Assembly: GCA_039584015.1 (NCBI GenBank)
Contig: JBDGYO010000001.1
Coordinates: forward strand, 1 to 39,576
Source of the DNA: Gemmatimonadota bacterium
GTDB taxonomy: Bacteria; Gemmatimonadota; Gemmatimonadetes; Gemmatimonadales; GWC2-71-9
Direction: 5' to 3'
Length of the DNA stretch: 39,576 bases
Shown here: positions 8,905-17,824 of the stretch, piece after piece
Layout: each line of letters begins with the position of its first letter
Position numbering within the stretch: position 1 is the first letter of the stretch
Position numbers and translations under genes: made by a program
The notes under the pieces: generated by a model
Told to the model about the DNA's origin: nothing
The model's input: only the letters and a program-made list of their open reading frames with translations
Database searches by the model: none

Positions 8905-10158
8905 GTGGACATAGTAAGAGAACCAACGCGCAAGGGGAAGAAGTACGTGGTGTCCGGCGCCGTGGTTGCCGCCCTGCTGGTCGTTACGATCGGTCTCTCC
9001 AGACTCCAGCCTGCGGCGCCGTCCGTTGATGCGGCCACGATCTGGACCGATACGGTCGAGCGCGGGACGCTGCTCATCCAAGTCAGCGGCGCCGGCACAC
9101 TGGTGCCTGAGCGCGTCCGCTGGGTCCCGGCCGAGATACCGGGCCGCGTGGAACGCAAGCTGGTTCAGCCGGGGACTGCGGTGACCCCTAACACGGTTCT
9201 GCTCGAATTGAGCAATCCTGACGTCCGGCTCGAACTACTGGAGGCCGAGCGCGAGTTGTCAACTGCCCGCCAGCAGTTGGTCGGGCTCCAGACCACGCTT
9301 CAGACGATGCAGATCGATCAACTGGGCCTCTTAGCGCAGATTCGCGCGCGGTGTCTCCAAGCAGAACGGAACAGGGAGGTGCTCGAGGAACTAGCGAGGC
9401 GGGGCGATGGCTTCGTCTCAGAGGTCGAGCTTGCGACTGCGCGTGAGAGCGCCGACGAATTGCATACTCGTCTCGACCTTGAGACGCGCCGCCTCGCCAT
9501 AGTCCGTGAATCGGAGGAACCGCAACTCCAAGTCCAACGGGACCAGATCGAGCGTCTCACTGAGATTGTTGCATTCCAACGCCGGCGCATCGCTTCGATG
9601 CAAGTGCGGGCGGGGATCGATGGCGTGCTGCAAGAGATGAACCTCGAGGAAGGTCAATGGGTGCTGAACGGCCAAGTGCTTGCCCGAGTTGTCGTGCCGG
9701 AGCGGCTGAAGGCCGAGCTGAGGGTTCCACAGCTGCAAGCGCGTGACGTGGCACTGGGTCAGATAGCGCTTGTTGACCTCAGGAGTGATTCGGTAACTGG
9801 ACGAGTTGTGCGTATCGACCCCGCTGCGCAGGACGGTTTCGTCGCCGTGGACGTGGAGTTGCCGGACGAACTGCCACGCTCGGCCCGCCCCGGATTGCGA
9901 GTGGAGGGAATAGTCGAGATCGAGCGGCTCGACGGAGTGCTCTTCGTAAGCAGGCCCGCCTTCGGCCAAGCCCACAGTACAGTGGGGTTGTTCCGTCTAG
10001 TCGATGGCGGCAAGGCTGCAGAGAGGGTGACAGTGCGCTTGGGGCGTGCTTCGGTCACGGTTATCCAAGTCGTGGACGGCCTTCAGCCCGGTGAGGTGGT
10101 GATCCTCAGAGACATGTCGCAGTGGGATGAGTATGACCGTGTCCGCATCAAGGGGTAG
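8905..10158 (+). CDS. HlyD/MacA-type periplasmic adaptor (membrane fusion protein)
   Basis: GTG start 52 nt after the permease stop. N-terminal TM 'VVSGAVVAALLVVTIGL', a long coiled-coil segment (LELLEAERELSTARQQL...) and a beta-rich C-terminus typical of efflux adaptors. Confidence 0.8.
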   Translation: MDIVREPTRKGKKYVVSGAVVAALLVVTIGLSRLQPAAPSVDAATIWTDTVERGTLLIQVSGAGTLVPERVRWVPAEIPGRVERKLVQPGTAVTPNTVLLELSNPDVRLELLEAERELSTARQQLVGLQTTLQTMQIDQLGLLAQIRARCLQAERNREVLEELARRGDGFVSEVELATARESADELHTRLDLETRRLAIVRESEEPQLQVQRDQIERLTEIVAFQRRRIASMQVRAGIDGVLQEMNLEEGQWVLNGQVLARVVVPERLKAELRVPQLQARDVALGQIALVDLRSDSVTGRVVRIDPAAQDGFVAVDVELPDELPRSARPGLRVEGIVEIERLDGVLFVSRPAFGQAHSTVGLFRLVDGGKAAERVTVRLGRASVTVIQVVDGLQPGEVVILRDMSQWDEYDRVRIKG

Positions 10159-10165
10159 GCTGACA

Positions 10166-10912
10166 ATGCCAGTCGAAAGGGAGACGACAGGTATGGAACG
10201 CGCCAACGGACCGCTGATAAGGCTCGAGGGTGTAACCAAGGTATTCCAGACCGAAACGGTCGAGACGCATGCCCTCTCAAACGTTGATCTCGACATCTAC
10301 CAGAGGGAGTATGTGGCCGTAGCGGGCCCCTCGGGGTGCGGGAAGACGACGCTGTTGTCAATCCTCGGGTTGCTGGACGTGCCGACTCAAGGCTCGTACT
10401 CTCTGGCCGGCACAGCCGTCTCCGACATTCCCTCGTCTCAACGTGCACGAATCAGAAACCAACGGATCGGGTTCGTGTTTCAGGCGTTCAACCTGATCGG
10501 TGACCTTACGGTCTATGAGAACGTCGAGCTCCCCCTCACCTATCGCGACATGCCCGTTGGCCAGCGCAAGAAGCGGGTGACCGAAGCACTGGAGAGGGTC
10601 GGCATGTCACATCGTACAAGGCACTTCCCGGCGCAGCTCTCCGGTGGCCAACAGCAACGAGTAGCAATCGCGCGCTCGGTAGCCGGCGATCCGGCGATCC
10701 TCCTGGCAGACGAGCCGACCGGGAACCTCGACTCCGTGAACGGGGAGGCGGTCATGGCACTGCTGAGAGAACTCCATCAAGACGGCGCCACGGTATGCGC
10801 CGTGACCCACGACCCGCGATACGCGGACCACGCTCAACGAACGGTCCGATTGTTCGATGGCAAGGTAGTGGATGGCTTGAAGGATGCGGCTACGGCACGA
10901 CCCAATAGCTGA
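10166..10912 (+). CDS. ABC transporter ATP-binding protein (MacB/LolD/FtsE-type)
   Basis: Walker A 'GPSGCGKTT', signature 'LSGGQQQRV', Walker B '[12 protein letters not shown]', H-loop 'VTHD'. The start is uncertain: ATG 10166 lies 7 nt after the adaptor stop, ATG 10193 is an alternative, and the ORF-track start 10127 overlaps the adaptor gene. Confidence 0.85.
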   Translation: MPVERETTGMERANGPLIRLEGVTKVFQTETVETHALSNVDLDIYQREYVAVAGPSGCGKTTLLSILGLLDVPTQGSYSLAGTAVSDIPSSQRARIRNQRIGFVFQAFNLIGDLTVYENVELPLTYRDMPVGQRKKRVTEALERVGMSHRTRHFPAQLSGGQQQRVAIARSVAGDPAILLADEPTGNLDSVNGEAVMALLRELHQDGATVCAVTHDPRYADHAQRTVRLFDGKVVDGLKDAATARPNS

Positions 10913-10990
10913 TCTTCACCATCAAGATGCTGTTCCCGGGCGGCTCGAACAGGGCCCGCCCCGTGTTTGGGAACGGCCAGACTGAGGGGT

Positions 10991-11770
10991 CTAGGTGAGC
11001 TCGAAGAACTCTGCTATCTCTCTGCTGAACCGTCTGCTGGAATCCAGTTGCATGCCGTCAACCATGGTCAGCCTGAGCCGGCCGCTCGGGAGTGTGTGCA
11101 GTTCCTTGACCTTCTCCGCGCACACCGCGCGCGATCGGCTGATACGCAGGAATCCAGACACCCCAAGCCTGGACATCATCTCCGACAGCGTTGCACGCAC
11201 CAGATAGCTTGCCGACCCAACGTGCAGGCGGACGTAGTTGCCGCGAACCTCGATCCACTCGATCTCGCTGTGCGGCACGAACGTAACCCGTCCGCGATCC
11301 TTGATCAGCACGCGGTCTGTGTGCCACCTGGGTCGCGTGACTCTCTCCGTTGCAGCAAGGTGCTCCAGGAGGGACAGCATTTCCGCACTCATGTCGGTGA
11401 CACGGTTCTGCCGCACGCGGCTCTTCGCGCGGAACAGCGCCTGGACAAACCGCTCCCGGTCAAACGGCTTCACAAGGTAGTCAACGGCATTTACCTCGAA
11501 GGCACGGAGTGCGTACGAGTCATAGGCGGTGACGAAGACAATCGTGGGCATCTCCTCAGGCGTGAGTGACGCAAGCACGCCAAAGCCGTCGAGATCCGGC
11601 ATCTGCACGTCAAGGAACACGAGGTCGGGACGCTCGGTGCGAATGGACTCGACTGCGGCCAGGCCGTTGCTGCATTCGCCAACGATCACTAGCTCCGCGT
11701 CGCCGGCAAGTAGTGTCCGGATACCGCTGCGCGCGATGGGTTCGTCGTCGACGATGAGTGTCCGGATCAT
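10991..11770 (-). CDS. LytTR-family response regulator
   Basis: Receiver domain 'MIRTLIVDDEP...FLDVQMPDLDG' plus a C-terminal LytTR-type DNA-binding domain. The start ATG (11770-11768) overlaps the kinase stop in an ATGA junction, so the ORF-track start at 11863 is rejected. Confidence 0.85.
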   Translation of the reverse strand: MIRTLIVDDEPIARSGIRTLLAGDAELVIVGECSNGLAAVESIRTERPDLVFLDVQMPDLDGFGVLASLTPEEMPTIVFVTAYDSYALRAFEVNAVDYLVKPFDRERFVQALFRAKSRVRQNRVTDMSAEMLSLLEHLAATERVTRPRWHTDRVLIKDRGRVTFVPHSEIEWIEVRGNYVRLHVGSASYLVRATLSEMMSRLGVSGFLRISRSRAVCAEKVKELHTLPSGRLRLTMVDGMQLDSSRRFSREIAEFFELT

Positions 11771-12891
11771 TGGCTCGGCACGCCATTGGTGCCCACTGCC
11801 GGCGCGCGTCGCAGTGGAATCGTCATTCGGATGGTGCATCCCCCAGTAGGGGGCGTGCTGCATTCGAAACGGTGCTCCGTTCCGTACAAGTGCCGGAGCC
11901 TTGCGCGCGTGTTGCTGAGGCCCATCCCTTCGTCGCGGTCGATGTCAAATCCCGGAGCAAGGCCCGGACCGTCGTCTGTGACTTCGAGCACCAGTTTCTC
12001 TCCCGCCGCGCAGGCACTGATGATGAGCCGGCCAGCAGTCGAAGACTGTGCGATCCCGTGTTGCACCGCGTTCTCGACGAGCGGTTGCAGTATCAGATTG
12101 GGCACCTGCGCGTCGTAGACACCCTCGTCGACCCGCAGGTCGACCCGCAGCCGGTCGGCGAACCGTACGGTCTCGATCTCCAGATAACGCTCGACAAACT
12201 CTACCTCCGACAGGAGATCTACGTACTGACGCTCAGTGTTGTCCAGTGTGAGACGCAGGAGTTCGCCGAGCATCGTCAAGACGCGGTTCGCTTCCTCCGT
12301 ATCGGTGAGGTTGAGCATCGAGACCGAGTGTAGGGTGTTGAAAAGAAAATGTGGCTGGAGCTGCATCTTCAACGTAAGTAGCCGCGACGTGGCAAGGCGT
12401 GCTTCGAGCTGCGACGCACGTAGTTGCCGCTCTCGGTACCGCCGATAGTAGTCAAAGGCATAGTACAGACCAATAATGACCCAGTAGCGCCAAACGCCGG
12501 TAATCAGCAAGAGGGGAAAGGTCGCCCCGATATTGGCAAGAGCCCAGTCAACAAACGCCCGATCAGAGATCGGAACAGTAGTGACCAAGACGTACTTCAG
12601 CGCGGAGAACATGCTCACCTGAACTAGTGCGAAGGTCACGCCGCCGAGCGCCTGCAGGACAAGGTGCCGCCCCCACACCCCTGGTTCGAGGCGAAACCGG
12701 CGCGCCATGAACAGGAGTGCCGGCGTCAAGAGAGCATATGGCGTCCAATACAGGAGCTCGAAGCCGACCTGCTGCAGCCAGTTGGGCGCGTCCAGTTCAT
12801 AGCCTAGGGTGACAACACCTACGATGTTGTGGCCGATGAAGAAGAGCGCCACCAGCGCCCACACACCTACCACAAGCGCTGCACGTTTCAT
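11767..12891 (-). CDS. LytS/YehU-type membrane sensor histidine kinase
   Basis: Multi-TM N-terminus. H-box 'LQPHFLFNTLHSV' typical of the LytS-type His_kinase family. N-box 'QPLVENAVQHG', plus 'DDGPG' and 'GMGLSNTRARL'. Confidence 0.85.
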   Translation of the reverse strand: MKRAALVVGVWALVALFFIGHNIVGVVTLGYELDAPNWLQQVGFELLYWTPYALLTPALLFMARRFRLEPGVWGRHLVLQALGGVTFALVQVSMFSALKYVLVTTVPISDRAFVDWALANIGATFPLLLITGVWRYWVIIGLYYAFDYYRRYRERQLRASQLEARLATSRLLTLKMQLQPHFLFNTLHSVSMLNLTDTEEANRVLTMLGELLRLTLDNTERQYVDLLSEVEFVERYLEIETVRFADRLRVDLRVDEGVYDAQVPNLILQPLVENAVQHGIAQSSTAGRLIISACAAGEKLVLEVTDDGPGLAPGFDIDRDEGMGLSNTRARLRHLYGTEHRFECSTPPTGGCTIRMTIPLRRAPAVGTNGVPSQ

Positions 12892-12982
12892 TCTATCCGT
12901 ACTGCCGGTTGAGGAGGTCGTATCTCAGCGTACCATGTCGCCCTGCAGTCACACAGCCCGATGCAGGGCCACTTCTAGATGT

Positions 12983-13052
12983 GGACCGTTCCGCACTGCA
13001 GCAACCAAGCAGGGGACGAACGGTCCCGAGCGCGTGATCACCGGGCGTTCGT
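12983..13052. promoter_or_regulatory. Cluster of CGTTC-core motifs and a 9-bp inverted repeat upstream of the LytS/LytTR operon (candidate LytTR autoregulatory site)
   Basis: GGACCGTTC (12983-12991) and its exact reverse complement GAACGGTCC (13018-13026). GACGAACGG (13015-13023) is the reverse complement of CCGTTCGTC. Near-copies are CCGTTCCGC (12986-12994) and GCGTTCGTA (13044-13052). The cluster lies 92-160 bp upstream of the kinase start. Confidence 0.35.
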
Positions 13053-13336
13053 ACGGGATAGGCGGGTTTCGGTAGATACCGTCTGATTTCCATCGCCAAT
13101 GGTCAGCCCGCTCAGCCGATCACACCTCAAGGTACTGACCTCTGACAATCTACCGTAGCCCCGCACTGGTGGAAGACTCGGCGGCCTCAAGGCCGGTGAA
13201 TCCCTCGTCCCCGCCTCGGGACCGGAACGGAACGATCTCTCGCTTGCCGACCCGCTCCTCCCGCTGGGCACTAGACTCCGATCCCCACGCCCCAACCACC
13301 TGGCCCTGAGAAACGCCCGCTGGCCACAAACTCCGT

Positions 13337-13385
13337 TGCTCACTCAAGTAATGAGCACAGACTCGTGAAGCAAGGAGCACAGACT
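13337..13385. promoter_or_regulatory. Composite repeat: TGCTCA-N9-TGAGCA inverted repeat overlapping two 11-bp direct repeats GAGCACAGACT with a 22-bp period
   Basis: TGCTCA at 13337-13342 and TGAGCA at 13352-13357. GAGCACAGACT at 13353-13363 and again at 13375-13385. The element ends 33 nt before the ATG of the DUF5916-like gene. Confidence 0.4.
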
Positions 13386-13417
13386 GGGCCCGAGGTGACA
13401 AGAAGGGAGCGCTGACG

Positions 13418-16096
13418 ATGCTGTTAGAAGCCTTGACGCTCACGCTGCAGGCAGTCACTGCCGTGCAGGGTCAGGTGATATCAGACACGGCCAACGCGCA
13501 GCTTCGCCACCCCGAACGGATTCCGCCGACCATCACTGCAGTCCGCGTCCAAAGGAGCCCCCAGCTAGATGCTCGGCTCGACGACCCCGCGTGGGCGGAC
13601 GCTCACTTCGTGGGCGGCTTCACGCAAGCCCAGCCATTGGATGGTGCACAGCCCACGCAACACACAGAAGTCGGTGTCGTATATGACGGTGGGTCGCTGT
13701 ACATAGGCGCACGGCTCGTTGACTCCGATCCTGGGAGCATCGCTCGCCGCCTCGGACGCCGGGATGCACAGACTTCCAGCGACCAGTTCTGGGTGACCAT
13801 CGACTCCTACCACGATCATCGCACGGCGTCTCACTTCGGGGTGAATCCGGCAGGCGTGAAGATCGACGGTACGTCAGCCAATGACGACAACACGCGCGAT
13901 GACTCATGGGACCCCGTCTGGTCAGTGGCGACAAGTGTGGACTCGATCGGTTGGGTCGTGGAGATGAAGATCCGGTTCTCCCAGCTTCGCTTTTCAGGTG
14001 CCGATGAGCAGATCTGGGGGATCAACTTCTTTCGTCTCATCTTCCGCGAAAACGAGTGGCTCGCCTGGAGTTGGGTGCCAAATGAGGAGCAAGGCTTCGC
14101 GTCGCACTTCGGTCATCTGGTAGGCATTGACGGCGTTTCAGCTCCTCGTGGTCTGGAGCTCCTGCCGTACACGGTGGCCAAGGGTCTCTACACTGAAGGC
14201 GCCGATTCGCTGAACCCCTTCAATGATGGGAGCACATATGACGTTGCGCCAGGACTGGACCTGAAGTACGGGGTGACCAGCGAGCTCACACTCGATGCCA
14301 CTGTCAACCCGGACTTCGGTCAAGTGGAGGCAGACCCTGCAGTCGTCAACCTGTCCGCCTTTGAGACATTCTTCCCTGAACGCCGGCCGTTCTTCGTGGA
14401 AGGAGCCAATATCTTCCAGTTCGGGGCGGGCACTGGCGGGGTGGTCTTCGGTGCTCCACAGCTGTTCTACTCACGGCGGATCGGAGGGAGGCCGTCCGTT
14501 CCCGTCATCGATCGCGACGCCCACTACGTTGACTACCCGATCAACACGCGCATCCTCGCAGCCGCGAAGCTCTCCGGCAAGACACGAGGATGGTCGCTTG
14601 GAGTGATGGATGCGTTGACGGCACGGGAGCACGCCTCGATCCACCGCCAAGACGGCACGCGGGTGAACCAACCAGTAGAGCCGCTTGCCAACTACACGGT
14701 GGTAAGCGTACGACGAGATCTTCGGCAGGGAGCAACCGGCCTTGGGTTCCTCGGCACGAGTGTGCTGCGGGATATCTCCGATTCAGTCTTCCAGGCGATG
14801 CGGTCCTCTGCATGGACCGGTGGAGTGGACTTGTTCCACCGATTTGGCGGCCACCAGTTCGCCATTAATGGGTCCTTTGCTGTCTCCCATATCCGCGGTA
14901 ATCCGATGGCCATGACCGTCGCACAGCGCTCATCGGCTCGCTACTACCAGCGTCCGGACCAGGCCTACGTCTCCGTGGATACTGCAGCAACGAGTCTCAC
15001 CGGATACGGCGGGTCACTCGAAATCGCCAAGACTGCCGGCAACTGGCTGTATGGCGTCAACTCATTCGTCAACTCGCCCGGCTTCGAACTGAACGACGCG
15101 GGGTTTCACCCGATGGTCGACCGGGTGTTCATGGGCGCAAGGCTCCAACGCAGATGGCTAGATCCTGGCAGAGTATTCCGCAACTTCAGTGTCAGCACCA
15201 CGTTCCTTCACCAGTGGAACTTCGGCGGCACACTACTCAGCCGTGGCCCCGAACTGATCTTGAACGGCCAGTTCCACAACTACTGGCAGTTCATGATCGG
15301 GGGCACCTTTCAATTCAAAGCGCAAAGTGACCGGGACACCCGCGGTGGTCCTCTCATGGAGAGTCCACAACTGTGGACGGTGTATGGTTTCGCCAATACC
15401 GACATGCGAAAGCGGTTGGCCATCAGCTTGTTCGGATCCTCTGTAACGAATGTCTACGGTGGTTGGCAGCGCAGCGCCAGCCTCGGAGTGTTTGCTCAAG
15501 CAGGTGACGCAGTATCGTTCTCCGTTCAGCCAGGCTACACGCAGTCGCGTTCCGTCGCGTTCTATGTGACACAGCGTTCTGATGAGAGGGCGGCTGCCAC
15601 GTATGGAGGACGCTATGTCTTCGGTGCGTTGAAACAGCGGATTCTCAACGTCACGATGCGCGCGAACCTCTCCATTACACCGAACCTCTCATTCCAGCTC
15701 TGGGCCCAACCGTTCGTGGCCGTAGGCGACTATGACCAGTTCAAGGAACTGGCCGCTCCTGGCACTTTCGCCTTCCTCCACTATGGCTTGGACGGCGGCT
15801 CTACGATTGCCTTCGACCCGAACACCGACACGTATACTGTGGACCCTGACGGAAGCGGACCCGCCGAGGCGTTTACATTCCACAACCCAGACTTTTGCGT
15901 GCGATCGCTTCGCGCCAACCTCGTGCTACGATGGGAATACCGCCCCGGGTCAGTCCTCTTCCTCGTGTGGAATCATGCCCGATCGGGTTTCTCGAGTGAC
16001 CCGCTCGTGAACGTGTTCGACGAACTCGGTGGATTGTGGCACGACAACCAGCAGAACACGTTCCTGGTGAAGATCAGCTACTGGATCAGTCTGTGA
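13418..16096 (+). CDS. CBM9-like / DUF5916-family secreted or outer-membrane protein
   Basis: AAGGGAG lies 8 nt upstream of the ATG. The N-terminal region 'VQRSPQLDARLDDPAWADA...' resembles carbohydrate-binding family 9-like domains. It is followed by a long beta-rich region typical of DUF5916 proteins. No upstream ATG/GTG exists in frame (TGA at 13352). Confidence 0.65.
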   Translation: MLLEALTLTLQAVTAVQGQVISDTANAQLRHPERIPPTITAVRVQRSPQLDARLDDPAWADAHFVGGFTQAQPLDGAQPTQHTEVGVVYDGGSLYIGARLVDSDPGSIARRLGRRDAQTSSDQFWVTIDSYHDHRTASHFGVNPAGVKIDGTSANDDNTRDDSWDPVWSVATSVDSIGWVVEMKIRFSQLRFSGADEQIWGINFFRLIFRENEWLAWSWVPNEEQGFASHFGHLVGIDGVSAPRGLELLPYTVAKGLYTEGADSLNPFNDGSTYDVAPGLDLKYGVTSELTLDATVNPDFGQVEADPAVVNLSAFETFFPERRPFFVEGANIFQFGAGTGGVVFGAPQLFYSRRIGGRPSVPVIDRDAHYVDYPINTRILAAAKLSGKTRGWSLGVMDALTAREHASIHRQDGTRVNQPVEPLANYTVVSVRRDLRQGATGLGFLGTSVLRDISDSVFQAMRSSAWTGGVDLFHRFGGHQFAINGSFAVSHIRGNPMAMTVAQRSSARYYQRPDQAYVSVDTAATSLTGYGGSLEIAKTAGNWLYGVNSFVNSPGFELNDAGFHPMVDRVFMGARLQRRWLDPGRVFRNFSVSTTFLHQWNFGGTLLSRGPELILNGQFHNYWQFMIGGTFQFKAQSDRDTRGGPLMESPQLWTVYGFANTDMRKRLAISLFGSSVTNVYGGWQRSASLGVFAQAGDAVSFSVQPGYTQSRSVAFYVTQRSDERAAATYGGRYVFGALKQRILNVTMRANLSITPNLSFQLWAQPFVAVGDYDQFKELAAPGTFAFLHYGLDGGSTIAFDPNTDTYTVDPDGSGPAEAFTFHNPDFCVRSLRANLVLRWEYRPGSVLFLVWNHARSGFSSDPLVNVFDELGGLWHDNQQNTFLVKISYWISL

Positions 16097-16196
16097 TGGT
16101 CGGACGCCAGACCGTGTTCCACTAGCAGGGTGTATCCTGCCCCGTGAGCGCAGCCCGACGCGCTCCACCGCCCACCCCTCTGAACCCAGAACTCAG

Positions 16197-16352
16197 GCAC
16201 TATATTTGGACACGGCCGTACCCAAGTACAATCAGGCGTTCTGGGAGCGCCTGGGATACCGCTTTGCTGAAGTGAGCGCATGTGAATATCCTACGGGCGA
16301 GATTCCGTCGGTGCGACTCGAAAAGGGGATGAATAGGCGGGGCATCGACTGA
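16197..16352 (+). pseudogene. C-terminal relic of a GNAT-family N-acetyltransferase
   Basis: Frame translation '...LYLDTAVPKYNQAFWERLGYRFAEVSACEYPTGEIPSVRLEKGMNRRGID*' matches the GNAT C-terminal 'N..A...YE.LGF' region. The upstream part of the frame shows no acetyl-CoA-binding motif and there is no start codon. Confidence 0.4.
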
Positions 16353-16400
16353 GGGCCGCCTGACAAGCCGCTGCAGCCGACGCCCCGCACCCGCAGCCGT

Positions 16401-16420
16401 CCCCCCTTCCCGCCCCGCCC
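16401..16420 (-). other. G-quadruplex-forming motif (GGG C GGGG C GGG AA GGGGGG on the - strand)
   Basis: The + strand reads CCCCCCTTCCCGCCCCGCCC. That gives four G-tracts of at least 3 with loops of 1, 1 and 2 nt on the - strand, 12 nt downstream of the stop of the membrane-protein gene. Confidence 0.5.
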
Positions 16421-16431
16421 AACTCCTCCAG

Positions 16432-17058
16432 CTACGCTTCCGCGTCCCTCCACAGCGTCTCGCCCTTGACGAACCACGAGATGCCGAAGGCCCACAGCGC
16501 CAACGACTCCAGCCAGAACACCGGCTTGATCGCAGCAATGGCAGTGTCCTTCAGCAGCAAGTAGTACACTGCGATCAGCGCGATGCATGCCAGCATCACC
16601 CACCCGCACGTAACGTAGATTCTGTTGCGGACCTTCTTTTCGGGGGTCGGTGAGTCGCCGGACTTGGTGAAGAGCGCCAAGGAGAAGTACGACAGCACGA
16701 GGAAGAACGCGGCCGCGGATGAGAAGTGTATGACCTTCTCCCAGTTGCTGCCACTGTTCGGGAACAGCGCCACGCCCAGCGCAAAGAGGCAGGCCAGATC
16801 ACCGGCCAGATCGTCCTTCCGCTCGTAGCCCCGGTACGCGAACAGGAACCAGGCCACGACGAATAGCACGCCAACGAATGCGTCCCGCGTTCTCAGGCTG
16901 TAGTAGTCGCTGATGGAATCGAGGAGCCCCATACACTGGCACAGCGCGAAGCCCCAGAGCATCAACAGAACGGGGAGCGAAATACCCAAGACGCCCACTG
17001 CGCGTCGAAGCGTCAAGTGGGACACGACCACTCGCCCATCGCCACCTATCGTATTCAT
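16432..17058 (-). CDS. Polytopic integral membrane protein of unknown function
   Basis: GGGAGGAAGG lies 8 nt upstream of ATG 17058. About six hydrophobic helices, and a conserved-looking 'SISDYYSLRTRDAFVGVLFVVAWFLFAYRGY' segment. No family is assigned with confidence. Confidence 0.65.
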   Translation of the reverse strand: MNTIGGDGRVVVSHLTLRRAVGVLGISLPVLLMLWGFALCQCMGLLDSISDYYSLRTRDAFVGVLFVVAWFLFAYRGYERKDDLAGDLACLFALGVALFPNSGSNWEKVIHFSSAAAFFLVLSYFSLALFTKSGDSPTPEKKVRNRIYVTCGWVMLACIALIAVYYLLLKDTAIAAIKPVFWLESLALWAFGISWFVKGETLWRDAEA

Positions 17059-17153
17059 AGCGTCACCTTCCTCCCAAGCGGTCCTCGATTACCCGCTCGA
17101 ACGGGTGCTGCGTCAATTGAAGAGTCTTCAGGCGAGCTGCAAAGACCCTTTTT

Positions 17154-17177
17154 GGGGCGGGAGGGGGCCTTCTTGGG
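17154..17177 (+). other. G-quadruplex-forming motif (GGGG C GGG A GGGGG CCTTCTT GGG)
   Basis: Four G-tracts read directly from the + strand. The motif lies about 96 nt upstream of the divergent membrane-protein start and about 58 nt before the AAA+ relic frame opens. Confidence 0.45.
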
Positions 17178-17234
17178 ACATTTGCGAACGGCTCGCCGGG
17201 CCCAGAGCAGCGGGCGGGGTGTCAACGACTTTGA

Positions 17235-17819
<585 letters not shown>

Positions 17820-17824
17820 ACCCT

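Noticed and set aside
10938-10961. GGGCGG ... CCGCCC hairpin between the convergent ATPase and regulator genes as a bidirectional terminator
   Set aside because: The stem is only 6 bp with a 12-nt loop and a weak T-run (GTGTTT). That is too weak to call as a feature.
11771-11863. N-terminal extension of the LytTR regulator ORF
   Set aside because: It would overlap the kinase gene by about 95 nt. The ATGA stop/start overlap at 11767-11770 gives the canonical 'MIRTLIVDDEP' receiver N-terminus.
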